From positions 109,678,625 through 109,722,134 of the forward strand of contig NC_068984.1 in assembly GCF_001194135.2 (NCBI RefSeq): a DNA stretch of 43,510 bases, written 5' to 3'. This stretch comes from Octopus bimaculoides. Its lineage: Eukaryota. How positions within the stretch are numbered: the stretch's first letter is position 1; each line of letters begins with the position of its first letter. The notes under the pieces are model-generated. The model saw only the letters and a list, made by a program, of their open reading frames with translations, was not told where the DNA came from and ran no database searches. Shown here piece after piece: positions 25,945 to 36,437 of this stretch. The translations under genes were made by a program, and so were the position numbers.

Positions 25945-26718
25945 TTTATTTACCGATCCTTACTATCAGATTCATTTACAGTAACACGACTGTTTTCAAT
26001 GAAATATTCTTTGTGAATACATCGTGGGTGAAGTATCGTTTCTGGTTGGAACCTCCAGGTTTCCTGTCCTGAAATTGCCTGGCTAAGAGTTCATACGGGT
26101 GCAGGAACAATACCGGACACCTTGTAACTATGTTATGGTACCAACCAGCATGTTACAGAGGGTGTTTAAGAACTCAAAGGTGCATAAAACGGCAGACCCA
26201 CACAGTTGTACCCCCGACTTTGTTTCCTAGTAACTTCCAAACGAATTCGTATATTTTTAATGAAATTTTCTAGAAATACCTCTCAGATGGTGTAGATTAC
26301 GATTATGTCGGAATTTAATGTGAAAAAAGTCCCCCAAAAGACGTAGACCTACACACATATATATACTGACACACATAAAATGGAACTCGAAATTTTGAAT
26401 AAAGTTGTGACGTGTGTCTATATATATCTGTGTGCGCAACCTCTACTTTTTTTTACATTATATTCCGATATAGTCGCAATGCACGCTATCTGAGAGGTAT
26501 TTGTAGAATATTTCCCTAAAAGGTATCCAAGTTTACAGAAAGTTACGAGGAAACAATTGTGTGGAGGGCACACCTGTGAGGGTCTGCTCAAAATATCCCC
26601 ACAAACACCAAAAACAAGGTGAAGATGACTCTGACTTCACTCTAGTCTTCAGGTGTCCGGGTACGTCCCCCGACGCACACATTCCCTAGCCTCTAATCAC
26701 CTTGAAAGGTTGAAAGAG
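25945..26718 (-). ncRNA. Candidate long-hairpin structured ncRNA gene, copy C
   Basis: Blocks 26030-26204 and 26561-26718; TGACGTCA at 26769-26776; TTTATT at 25945-25950. Confidence 0.55.
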
Positions 26719-26776
26719 ACTGAAAACTAGTTGAAACGAAGGCTTTGGAGAAAACTTTTCCGATATTGTGACGTCA
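26712..26776 (-). promoter_or_regulatory. Putative promoter: CRE/ATF palindrome plus TCT-type initiator (present in all five copies)
   Basis: Minus-strand TCTCTTT fits the TCT consensus YCTYTYY. TGACGTCA lies 51 nt upstream in A-D and 49 nt in E. No TATA box. Confidence 0.45.
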
Positions 26777-27371
26777 TAATGACAATATGAAGACATACAG
26801 AAATGTCTGGAATAGACGAGAAATTCTTGAATGAATTTCGTACGTAAATTCTACACGCGCACGCACACAACAGCACACACAAATTCATACAACAAATATT
26901 TACATATATAATGTATGCATTTACATCAATGTATGTGTTCTGTGTGTCTCTGTGTGTTTCTGTGTGTTCGAAATTGGCAAACTCAGAAATTAAGAAGGGC
27001 GTGCTATTGGAGAGAGAGAAAGAGGGGAGAGATTAGTAGAACTGTTTGGAAAAAAAAAAGAGTTGAAGTGTGACCACTTCAGTTTAGATACGACGAGTTG
27101 CCATCTGTTGTAATTTTCGACGATCTTATGCAATATTTGTTGTAATTGTCTGTTAATGAAGAAGAGACATGACTGTAAAGTGAACTGTAATTTAAAAGGA
27201 CAGTAAAATGAAACTGCTTGCTTCGGGGGGCGAGTCAGCCATTTCATCCTAATTTTTTATCATAGTCAAAGTCCATTCGATATGTGTTTTATATGTAGCC
27301 CCAATGTCTTGTTTTGTCTGTTCTTGTGGTGTCTCCCCTTTATAAAGGCCATGTGATCTAAATAAAGGAAA

Positions 27372-28195
27372 TCGAGCTGGCAGAAAAGGTAGCTCGCAGG
27401 GCAAAATGCTTAGCGGTATTTCGTCTGTCTTTATGTTCTGAGTTCAAATTCTGCCGAGGTCGACTTTGCCTTTCATCCTTTCGGGGTCGATAAATTAAGT
27501 ACCAGTTGCGTACTGGAGTCGATCTAATCGACTGGCTCCCTCCCCAAATATCTTGTGCGTTGTGCCTAGAGTAGAAAAGAATCTATAGCGCGTCGGTCGA
27601 AATGCTTAGCAATATTTCGTCTGCCGCTACGTTCTGATTTCAAATTCCGCTGAGATCGACTTTGCCGTACATTCTCTCCGGGTCGGTAAATTAAGTACCA
27701 GCTGGGTATTAGGGTCGATGCTATCGACTATTTCCCTCCCCACAAAATCCAAGTGAGCTGGAGGAACCGTTAGCATGCTGGGTATTTCGTCCATCTTCAT
27801 GTTTTGAGTTCAAATTCCACCGAGGTGGACTTTGCCTTTCAGCCTTTCCGGGTTGATAAATGAGTTCCAGTCGAACACAGGAATCTTTGTAATGGCCTTA
27901 CCCCTCCCCCAAAGTTGCTGGCCTTGTGCCAAAGTTTTAAATCAATATATACAGATCTAGGTGCAGCGAGCTGGCAGGATGTTTAGCATGCCGGACAAAA
28001 TGCCTAACAGAATTTTCTTTCGTCTTGTCTTTCTGAATTGAATTCTTTCGTCTTCACTTTCTGCCTTTCATCCTTTCATCCTTTCATCCTTTCAGGGTCC
28101 ATAAAATAGATACCAATAGAACACTTTGGTCGATGTAATCAAGGTTCAAACTGCCCTGAAATTGCTGGCCTTGTGCCAAAATTTGAAACCAATAT
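27372..28195 (+). mobile_element. SINE family 2 train (unit C)
   Basis: Four tandem SINE2 copies, paralogous to 31220-32025. Confidence 0.8.
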
Positions 28196-28251
28196 ATACA
28201 GGTATATGTGTTTGCGTGTGTAAATATGTGTGTATCTAAATCTCGAGTCAA

Positions 28252-28740
28252 CTTCACCCACTTTTTACTCTTGGAAGGGTCATGGGGGCAGAGTTCTCGA
28301 GCCCGTCTTATATCGGGTTCCTTCAAAAGCAACCGTCTCCAATGATCCTGGTGGAACCCCAAACGCTATCAACCAAGCTCATGGATGTTATCCAAACAAA
28401 TTGCTCATGGTCTATCCCTGGGATTTCTGCCGGTTGTTTTTGACCATAAGACCTGTTCATCGATTCTTTCCTGATTCTTACCACATTTCCATAGTTTTGG
28501 AGCTGTGATCTCCCGATTCGGAGAAGTAGAGTCTCTACCTGGAACACCTCTCTGATGTCCAGGCTACGCACTCAATAGATTGACGTATCTCTAAATATTC
28601 TTCAGAAGAACTCCATTTCGGTTGTTAGTTTTCACCATCGTATTCTTTCGATTATTGCCCAAGAGGATCACAACTGTTCTCTCTTATTCTACTTCTTCCA
28701 AATACCTGAAGCTACTAAAATGGAGATTTTCGTTGCCTTC
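28252..28740 (-). mobile_element. Decayed RTE-clade LINE 3' fragment (paralog of 16116-16600)
   Basis: ORF 28323-28571 reads RSLDIREVFQVETLLLRIGRSQLQNYGNVVR; sequence aligns with the 16.1-16.6 kb fragment. Confidence 0.75.
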
Positions 28741-29778
28741 AGAGAGAGGGGGGGGGAGTGAGAGAGAGGTTGCGCATAATCAACGTTCTTAGTCCCAAAC
28801 ACATTGTACAATTATAACCAAAGTCGTATTGTTAAATTGTGTTGGTAGTGATATATGAAAATTATATATAATTATCGAACAATTAATGAAGCAACTAGTT
28901 AACTTTATTAGAGACCAGTTTAAAAGCCGCACTCCGTGCGGACTTTCTGCTGGCGGCCCAAAATTAAAGAGACCTAAATAGCATGACTTTAATACGTCTA
29001 TAATGACAATACGCCGCGCTGGTATTTGATCAGAAGTGAAGGATGGATGAGCATTTATTCTTTAAAGCGATCATTCCATTATTCCCGTCTCAAGTCGAAT
29101 TCCTACTGTTCGTCAATTTGCTCCTAAGTTCTTATCTTGATGTAAAATTGAAGAAGCGTATGTTATTTATCTCCCCTTTGATCCCTGACGTCAACTGATA
29201 AACGCTAAACAAGATGGCGTGAATCAGCCAAGTTTTACCTGTTAGAAGTAGCCACCCAAATGATTTTAAATCAGATCCCGACACTGGATGTTCAAGAACC
29301 AAATGGAGGATAAATTTTCATTCCCAGGATCATTCCAACAAAATGTAAAATATGTCTATGTAGGGCAAATGTAAACTGAGATACAGGCGTTGCAGACAGA
29401 CAGAATGTCGCGTTTCTTATAACAGAAATATCAAGAAAATATCATCAAACATTTTCAGAGCAGTAAACTTGTGTCTTATTTCAACGCTTACCGTGTTTAT
29501 AACCCTGCTATTTACATGTACCTATGGTCTATGCGTAGAGTAACTTTTATTTCGTGTTGATAAGGCAGTGAGCGGCAGAATGGTTAGCATGCCGGAAGCA
29601 TTTGGTCTACCTTAGCAGTCTGAGTTCAAATTCTGCCTAGGTCGATGTTTCCCTCAATCCATTTGTTGTTGATAAAAATAAGTGCCAGTCAAGATTTGGG
29701 TTGAATATGTTCAACTACTTACACCACCAAATTACAAGCTTTGTTCCTAGAGAAGAAAGGAATATTTCATGTATTATT

Positions 29779-30552
29779 TTTATTTACCGATCCTTACTAT
29801 CAGATTCATTTACAGTAACACGATTGCTTACAATGGAATATTCTGTGTGAATATATCGTGGGTGAAGTATCGTTTCTGGTTGGAACCTCCAGGTTTCCTG
29901 TCCTGAAATTGCCTGGCTAAGAGTTCATACGGGTGCAGGAACAATACCGGACACCTTGTAACTATGTTATGGTACCAACCAGCATGTTACAGAGGGTGTT
30001 TAAGAACTCAAAGGTGCATAAAACGGCAGACCCACACAATTGTGCCCCCGACTTTTGTTTCCTAATAACTTCCAAAGGAATTCGTATGTTTTTAATGAAA
30101 TTTTCTAGAAATACCTCTCAGATGGTGTAGATTACGATTATATCGGAATTTAATGTGAAAAAAAGCCCCCAAAAGACGTAGACGTACACACACATATATA
30201 CTAACACACATATACTAACACACATAAAGTTTTGAATGAAGTTGTGATGTGTGTCAATATATATATGTGTGCGCGCAACCTCTACTTTTTTTTACATTAA
30301 ATTTCGATATAGTCGCAATGTACGCTATCTGAGGGGTAGAATATTACCCTAAAATGTATCCAATTTTTACAGAAAGTTACGAAGAAACAATTGTGTGGAG
30401 GGCACACCTGTGAGGGTCTGCTCAAAATATCCCCACAAACACCAAAAACAAGGTGAAGATGACTCTGACTTCACTCTAGTCTTCAGGTGTCCGGGTACGT
30501 CCCCCGGCGCACACATTCCCTAGCCTCTAATCACCGTGAAAGGTTGAAAGAG
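29779..30552 (-). ncRNA. Candidate long-hairpin structured ncRNA gene, copy D
   Basis: Blocks 29864-30038 and 30395-30552; TGACGTCA at 30603-30610; TTTATT at 29779-29784. Confidence 0.55.
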
Positions 30553-31219
30553 ACTGAAAACTAGTTGAAACGAAGGCGTAGGAGAAAACGTTTCCGATAT
30601 TGTGACGTCATAATGACAATATGAAGAAATATAGAAATATCTCGAATAGAGGAGAAATTCTTGAATGAATTTCATATGTAAAGGCTACACGCGCACGCAT
30701 ACAACAGCGCACACTGAAATTCATACAATAAATATTTACATATATAACGTATGCATTTACATCAATATATGTGTTCTGTGTTTCTGTGTGTGTTTCTGTG
30801 TGTGTTCACATCTAAAAATGTTATCAGAGTGAAATTGGCAAATTCAGAAGTTAAGAAGGGCATGCTATTGGAGAGATTAGTAGAACTGTTTGGAAAAAAA
30901 AAAAGAAGAGTGGAAATATCACCACTTCAGTTTAGATACGACAAGTTGCCGCCTGTTGTAATTTTCGACGATCTTATGCAATATTTGTTGTAATTGTCTG
31001 TTAATAAAAAAGATACATGACTGTAAAGTGAACTGTAATTAAAAAAAACAGTAAAATGAAACTGCTTGCTTTGTGGGGCGAGTAAGCCATTTCATCCTCA
31101 TTTTGTATCATAGTCATAGCCCATTCGATATTTGTTTTATATGTAGCCCCAATGTCTTGTTTTGTCTGTCCTTGTGGTGTCCTCTTTTTATAAAGGCCAT
31201 GTGATCTAAATAAAGGAAA

Positions 31220-32025
31220 TCGAGCTGGCAGACAAGCTAGCACGCAGGGCAAAATGCTTAGCGGCATTTCGTCTGTCTTTATGTTCTGAGTTCAAATTCT
31301 GCTGAGGTCGACTTTGCCTTTCATCCTTTCGGAGTTGATAAATTCAATACCAGTTGCGTACTGGAGTCGATCTAATCGACTGGCCCCCACCCCAAATATC
31401 TCGTGCGTTGTGCCTAGAGTAGAAAAGAATCTATAGCGTGCCGGGCGAAATGCTTAGCAGTATTTCGTCTGCCGCTACGTTCTGAGTTCAAATTCCGCTG
31501 CGATCGACTTTGCCTTACATCCTTTCCGGGTCGAAAATTAAGTTCCAGTTGGGTACTAGGGTCGATGTGATCGACTTTTTCCCTCCCCACAAAATCCAAG
31601 TGAGCTGGAGGAACCGTTAGCATGCTGGGCATTTCGTCCATCTTCATGTTTTGAGTTCGAACTCCACCGAGGTCGACTTTGCCTCTCAGCATTTCCGGGT
31701 TGATAAATGAGTTCCAGTCGAGCACAGGAATCTTTGTAATGGCCTTACCCCTCCCCCAAAGTTTCTGGCCTTGTGCCAAAGTTTTAAATCAATATATACA
31801 GATCTAGATGCAGCGAACTTGCAGGATGTTTAGCATGCCGGACAAAATGCCTAACAGAATTTTCTTTCGTCTTCAGATTCTGAATTGAAACGCTGCCTGG
31901 ATCGGCTTTATCTTACATCCTTTCAGGGTCCATAAAATAGATACCAATAGAACACTGTGGTCGATGTAATCAAGGTTCCAACTGCCCTGAAATTGCTGGC
32001 CTTGTGCCAAAATTTGAAACCAACA
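31220..32025 (+). mobile_element. SINE family 2 train (unit D)
   Basis: Paralogous to 27372-28195. Confidence 0.8.
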
Positions 32026-32081
32026 TATACAGGTATATGTGTTCGCGTGTGTGAATATGTGTGCATATAAATCTCAACTCA

Positions 32082-32569
32082 TCTTCACCCACTTTACTCT
32101 TGGAAGGGTCATCGGAGCAGAGTCCCCGAGTCTTACACCGGGTTCCGTCAGAAGCAACCGTCTCCAATTGACCCTGCTGGAACCCCAAACGCTATCAACC
32201 AAGCTCATAAGTGTTATCCAAACAATTTTCTCATGGTCTACCTCAGGGATTCCTACCGGTTGTTTTGACCATAAAACCTATTCATCGATTCTTTCCTGAG
32301 ATATTCTTACCACATTTCCATAATAACGGAGCTGTGATCTCCCGATTCGGAGAAGTAGAGTCTCTACCTGGAACACCTCTCTAATGTCCAGGCTATGCAC
32401 TCAATAGAGTGACGTATCTCTAAATATTCTTCGGAAGAACCCCATTTCAGTTGTTAGTATTCACCATCGTATTCTTTCGGTTATTGCCAAAGAAGATCAC
32501 AACTGCTCTCGTTTATTCTACTTCTTCCACATACTTGAATCTACTAAAATGGAGATCTTTCATTGCCTT

Positions 32570-32570
<1 letters not shown>
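32082..32570 (-). mobile_element. Decayed RTE-clade LINE 3' fragment (third paralog)
   Basis: Aligns with 28252-28740 and 16116-16600. Confidence 0.75.
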
Positions 32571-32607
<37 letters not shown>

Positions 32608-33795
32608 GAGAGAGAGGGTGGAAGAGAGAGAGGGGGGAAGAGAGAGAGAGAATGTGAGCGAGCGAGATGTTGCGCATAAACAACATTCTTAGTCCCAAAC
32701 ACATTGTACAATTATAACCAAAGTCGTATTGTGAAATTGTATTGGTAGCTATAGTGATATATGTAAATTATATATAATTATCGAACAATTAATGAAGCAA
32801 CTAGTTAACTTTATTAGAGACCAGTTTAAAAGCCGCACTCCGTGCGGACTTTCTGCTGGCGGCCCAAAATTAAAGAGACCTAAATAGCATGACTTTAATA
32901 NNNNNNNNNNNNNNNNNNNNNNNNNNNNNNNNNNNNNNNNNNNNNNNNNNNNNNNNNNNNNNNNNNNNNNNNNNNNNNNNNNNNNNNNNNNNNNNNNNNN
33001 NNNNNNNNNNNNNNNNNNNNNNNNNNNNNNNNNNNNNNNNNNNNNNNNNNNNNNNNNNNNNNNNNNNNNNNNNNNNNNNNNNNNNNNNNNNNNNNNNNNN
33101 NNNNNNNNNNNNNNNNNNNNNNNNNNNNNNNNNNNNNNNNNNNNNNNNNNNNNNNNNNNNNNNNNNNNNNNNNNNNTATTTATCTCCCCTTTGATCCCTG
33201 ACGTCAACTGATAAACGCTAAACAAGATGGCGTGAATCAGCCAAGCTTTAGCTGTTAGAAGTAGCCACCCAAATGTTTTTAAATCAGATCCCGACACTGG
33301 ATGTTCAAGAACCAAATGAAGGACAAATTTTCATTCCCAGGATCATTCTGATTCCAACAAAATGTAAAATATGTCTATGTAGGGCAAACGTAGACTGAGA
33401 TACAGGCGTCGCAGACAGACAGAATTTCGCGTTTCTTATAACAGAAATATCAAGAAAATATCATCAAACATTTTCAGAGCAGTAAACTTGTCTTATTTCA
33501 ACGCTTATCGTGTTTATAACCCAGTTATTTACATGTACCTGTGGACTATACGTTGAGTATATTTTATTTCCTGCTGATAAGGCAGTGAGCGACAGAATGG
33601 TTAGCAAGCCGGCGGCATTTGGTCTACCTTTGCAGTCTGAGTTCAAATTCTACCTAGGTCGATGGTTCCCTCGATCCATTTGTTGTTGATAAAAATAAGC
33701 GCCAGTCAAGATTTGGGTTGAATATGTTCAACTACTCACACCACCAAATTTCAAGCTTTGTTCCTAGAGAAGAAAGGAATATTTAATGTATTATT

Positions 33796-34574
33796 TTTAT
33801 TTACCGATCCTTACTATCAGATTCATTTACAGTAACACGACTGTTTTCAATGAAATATTCTTTGTGAACACATCGTGGGTGAAGTATCGTTTCTGGTTGG
33901 AACCTCCAGGTTTCCTGTCCTGAAATTGCCTGGCTAAGAGTTCATACGGGTGCAGGAACAATACCGGACACCTTGTAACTATGTTATGGTACCAACCAGC
34001 ATGTTACAGAGGGTGTTTAAGAACTCAAAGGTGCATAAAACGGCAGACCCACACAATTGTGCCCCCGACTTTTGCTTCCTAATAACTTCCAAAGGAATTC
34101 GTATATTTTTAATGAAATTTTCTTCAAATACCTCACGAATAGTGTAGATTACGATTATGTCGGAATTTAATGTGAAAAAAAGTCCCTGAAAAGACGTAGA
34201 CGTACACACACATATATACTAACACACATAAAATGGAACTCGAAATTTTGAATAATGTTGGGATGTGTGTCAATATATATATTTGTGCACGCAACCTCTA
34301 CTTTTTTCTACATTAATTTTCGATATAGTCGTAATGTACTCTATCTGAGAGGCTTTTGTAGAATACTTCCCTAAAAGGTATCCAATTTTTACAGAAAGTT
34401 ACGAAGAAACAATTGTGTGGAGGACACACCTGTGAGGGTCTGCTCAAAATATCCCCACAAACACCAAAAACAAGGTGAAGATGACTCTGACTTCACTCTA
34501 GTCTTCAGGTGTCCGGGTACGTCCCCCGACGCACACATTCCCTAGCCTCTAATCACCGTGAAAGGTTGAAAGAG
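33796..34574 (-). ncRNA. Candidate long-hairpin structured ncRNA gene, copy E
   Basis: Blocks 33881-34055 and 34417-34574; TGACGTCA at 34623-34630; TTTATT at 33796-33801. Confidence 0.55.
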
Positions 34575-34825
34575 ACTGAAAACTAGTTGAAACGAAGGCG
34601 TAGGAGAAAACTTGTGATACTGTGACGTCATAATGACACTATGAAGAAATATACAAATCTTTGGACATGAATGATTTTTAATTTCAAACACATACAGACA
34701 TATACACAAACGCATGGGCACACACAAACATATACGGACGTAGAAGCTGAAATATACATGTACGTATTATATATTCATGCATTCATACACGCATGCACGC
34801 ACACACATACAGATGTATGTATACA

Positions 34826-34864
<39 letters not shown>

Positions 34865-34948
34865 TACATAGGATATATAAGCATATGCATCTATACATAC
34901 ATATATGTATAAATACATACAAATACAGACACACAAACATATACACAG

Positions 34949-34981
<33 letters not shown>

Positions 34982-35442
34982 NNNNNNNNNNNNNNNNNNN
35001 NNNNNNNNNNNNNNNNNNNNNNNNNNNNNNNNNNNNNNNNNNNNNNNNNNNNNNNNNNNNNNNNNNNNNNNNNNNNNNNNNNNNNNNNNNNNNNNNNNNN
35101 NNNNNNNNNNNNNNNNNNNNNNNNNNNNNNNNNNNNNNNNNNNNNNNNNNNNNNNNNNNNNNNNNNNNNNNNNNNNNNNNNNNNNNNNNNNNNNNNNNNN
35201 NNNNNNNNNNNNNNNNNNNNNNNNNNNNNNNNNNNNNNNNNNNNNNNNNNNNNNNNNNNNNNNNNNNNNNNNNNNNNNNNNNNNNNNNNNNNNNNNNNNN
35301 NNNNNNNNNNNNNNNNNNNNNNNNNNNNNNNNNNNNNNNNNNNNNNNNNNNNNNNNNNNNNNNNNNNNNNNNNNNNNNNNNNNNNNNNNNNNNNNNNNNN
35401 NNNNNNNNNNNNNNNNNNNNNNNNNNNNNNNNNNNNNNNNNN

Positions 35443-35481
<39 letters not shown>

Positions 35482-35731
35482 TATATACAAAGGGATGCTG
35501 TAAAGTACCTTGTTGTAAGGGTATTGCGAAAAGCCTGGTCGGAGGACCAACCTTCGGAGTACTTTTACAGGGCTTAGAAAACCTGAAGGACTGCTGTAAT
35601 TAGTGTGTGAATCTGATCCTCCTGTATTTTTGTTTTACATAAAGTCAACACATACATGTTTGTATATATGATACACACACATTCACATGTATGTGGAAAT
35701 GCATATATACCAATTTATATATGTAAATATA

Positions 35732-35763
<32 letters not shown>

Positions 35764-35812
35764 CCTATGTAAGAATCTTTGTTGTTTTGCTCTCCTTCTC
35801 TGTCACTCTCAC

Positions 35813-35861
<49 letters not shown>

Positions 35862-36437
35862 TTATATTAGTGGTGATAGTGGTAATTTAGAATGTGTATC
35901 TTTGAAGTTGTGGTTATAGTATTATTGTTGGTAGTTGACGTGATTGGTGGCAGTAGTATTAATAGAATGGTGGTGTAAATGGTGGAGGCATTAATGATAA
36001 ATTTGATAGTGGTGGTGGTTGTGATGATATTAGTTGTAGTAGTAGCAGCAGCAGTAGTAGTTGTAGAGGTGGTGGTGTCGGTGGTTGTGGTGGTAATAAC
36101 TTCAGTATGACAGTGATGATGTCATAGTAGCTACTGTTCCTTTTTAACAACTGCTCTTGAAAAAATGGGGTAGCCTTGTTACTTGACCATTATCCTGCAA
36201 GAAGTAGATGCTAGGACTCTCTTTAATCACACCCTTGAAATAAGACACATTACATAGCTTAGTACAAAATACAAAATTCTAGAAAATAAAAACAAATAGA
36301 AAGAAAGAAAAATATAAAAAGATGAGATGGTCAAGGAACTTGAACGTGTTCATAGTTCTGGTGAATCATGCATGCCTGGGGTTAAACAATAGCATAACAA
36401 TAGCTGAGATGGTAGTTGGAATGAAGTTGAGAGAGAA

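Larger units (their letters stand above)
14166..34650. repeat. Tandem/segmental duplication array, five units, period ~3.8-6.1 kb
   Basis: Block-1 starts at 14248, 20356, 26030, 29864 and 33881 (spacings 6108, 5674, 3834, 4017). Flanks, SINE trains and RTE fragments are shared between subsets of units. Confidence 0.9.

Noticed and set aside
26036-26090. Similarity to the U2 snRNA 5' end (ATCGTTTCT, TGGCTAAGA)
   Set aside because: About one 9-nt match is expected by chance. There is no branch-site recognition sequence, Sm site context, or correctly placed box D guide.
26180-26685. Minus-strand spliced micropeptide MCASGDVPGH...(CACAG|GTGT ... YAG|GAA)
   Set aside because: Weak donor, no polypyrimidine tract, and a 1-nt indel in B, D and E shifts the frame. 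Base-pairing continues through the supposed splice sites.
26561-26718. Telomerase RNA, hammerhead (CUGAAGA), RNase P/MRP or H/ACA identity
   Set aside because: No CUAACCCU template on either strand, no GAAA partner for a hammerhead core, no P4 consensus, and no consistent H-box/ACA pair.
14166-34650. CRISPR-like or rDNA array interpretation of the periodic repeats
   Set aside because: The units are kb-scale eukaryotic duplications with no short repeat-spacer pattern, and the blocks show no rRNA similarity I can recognise.
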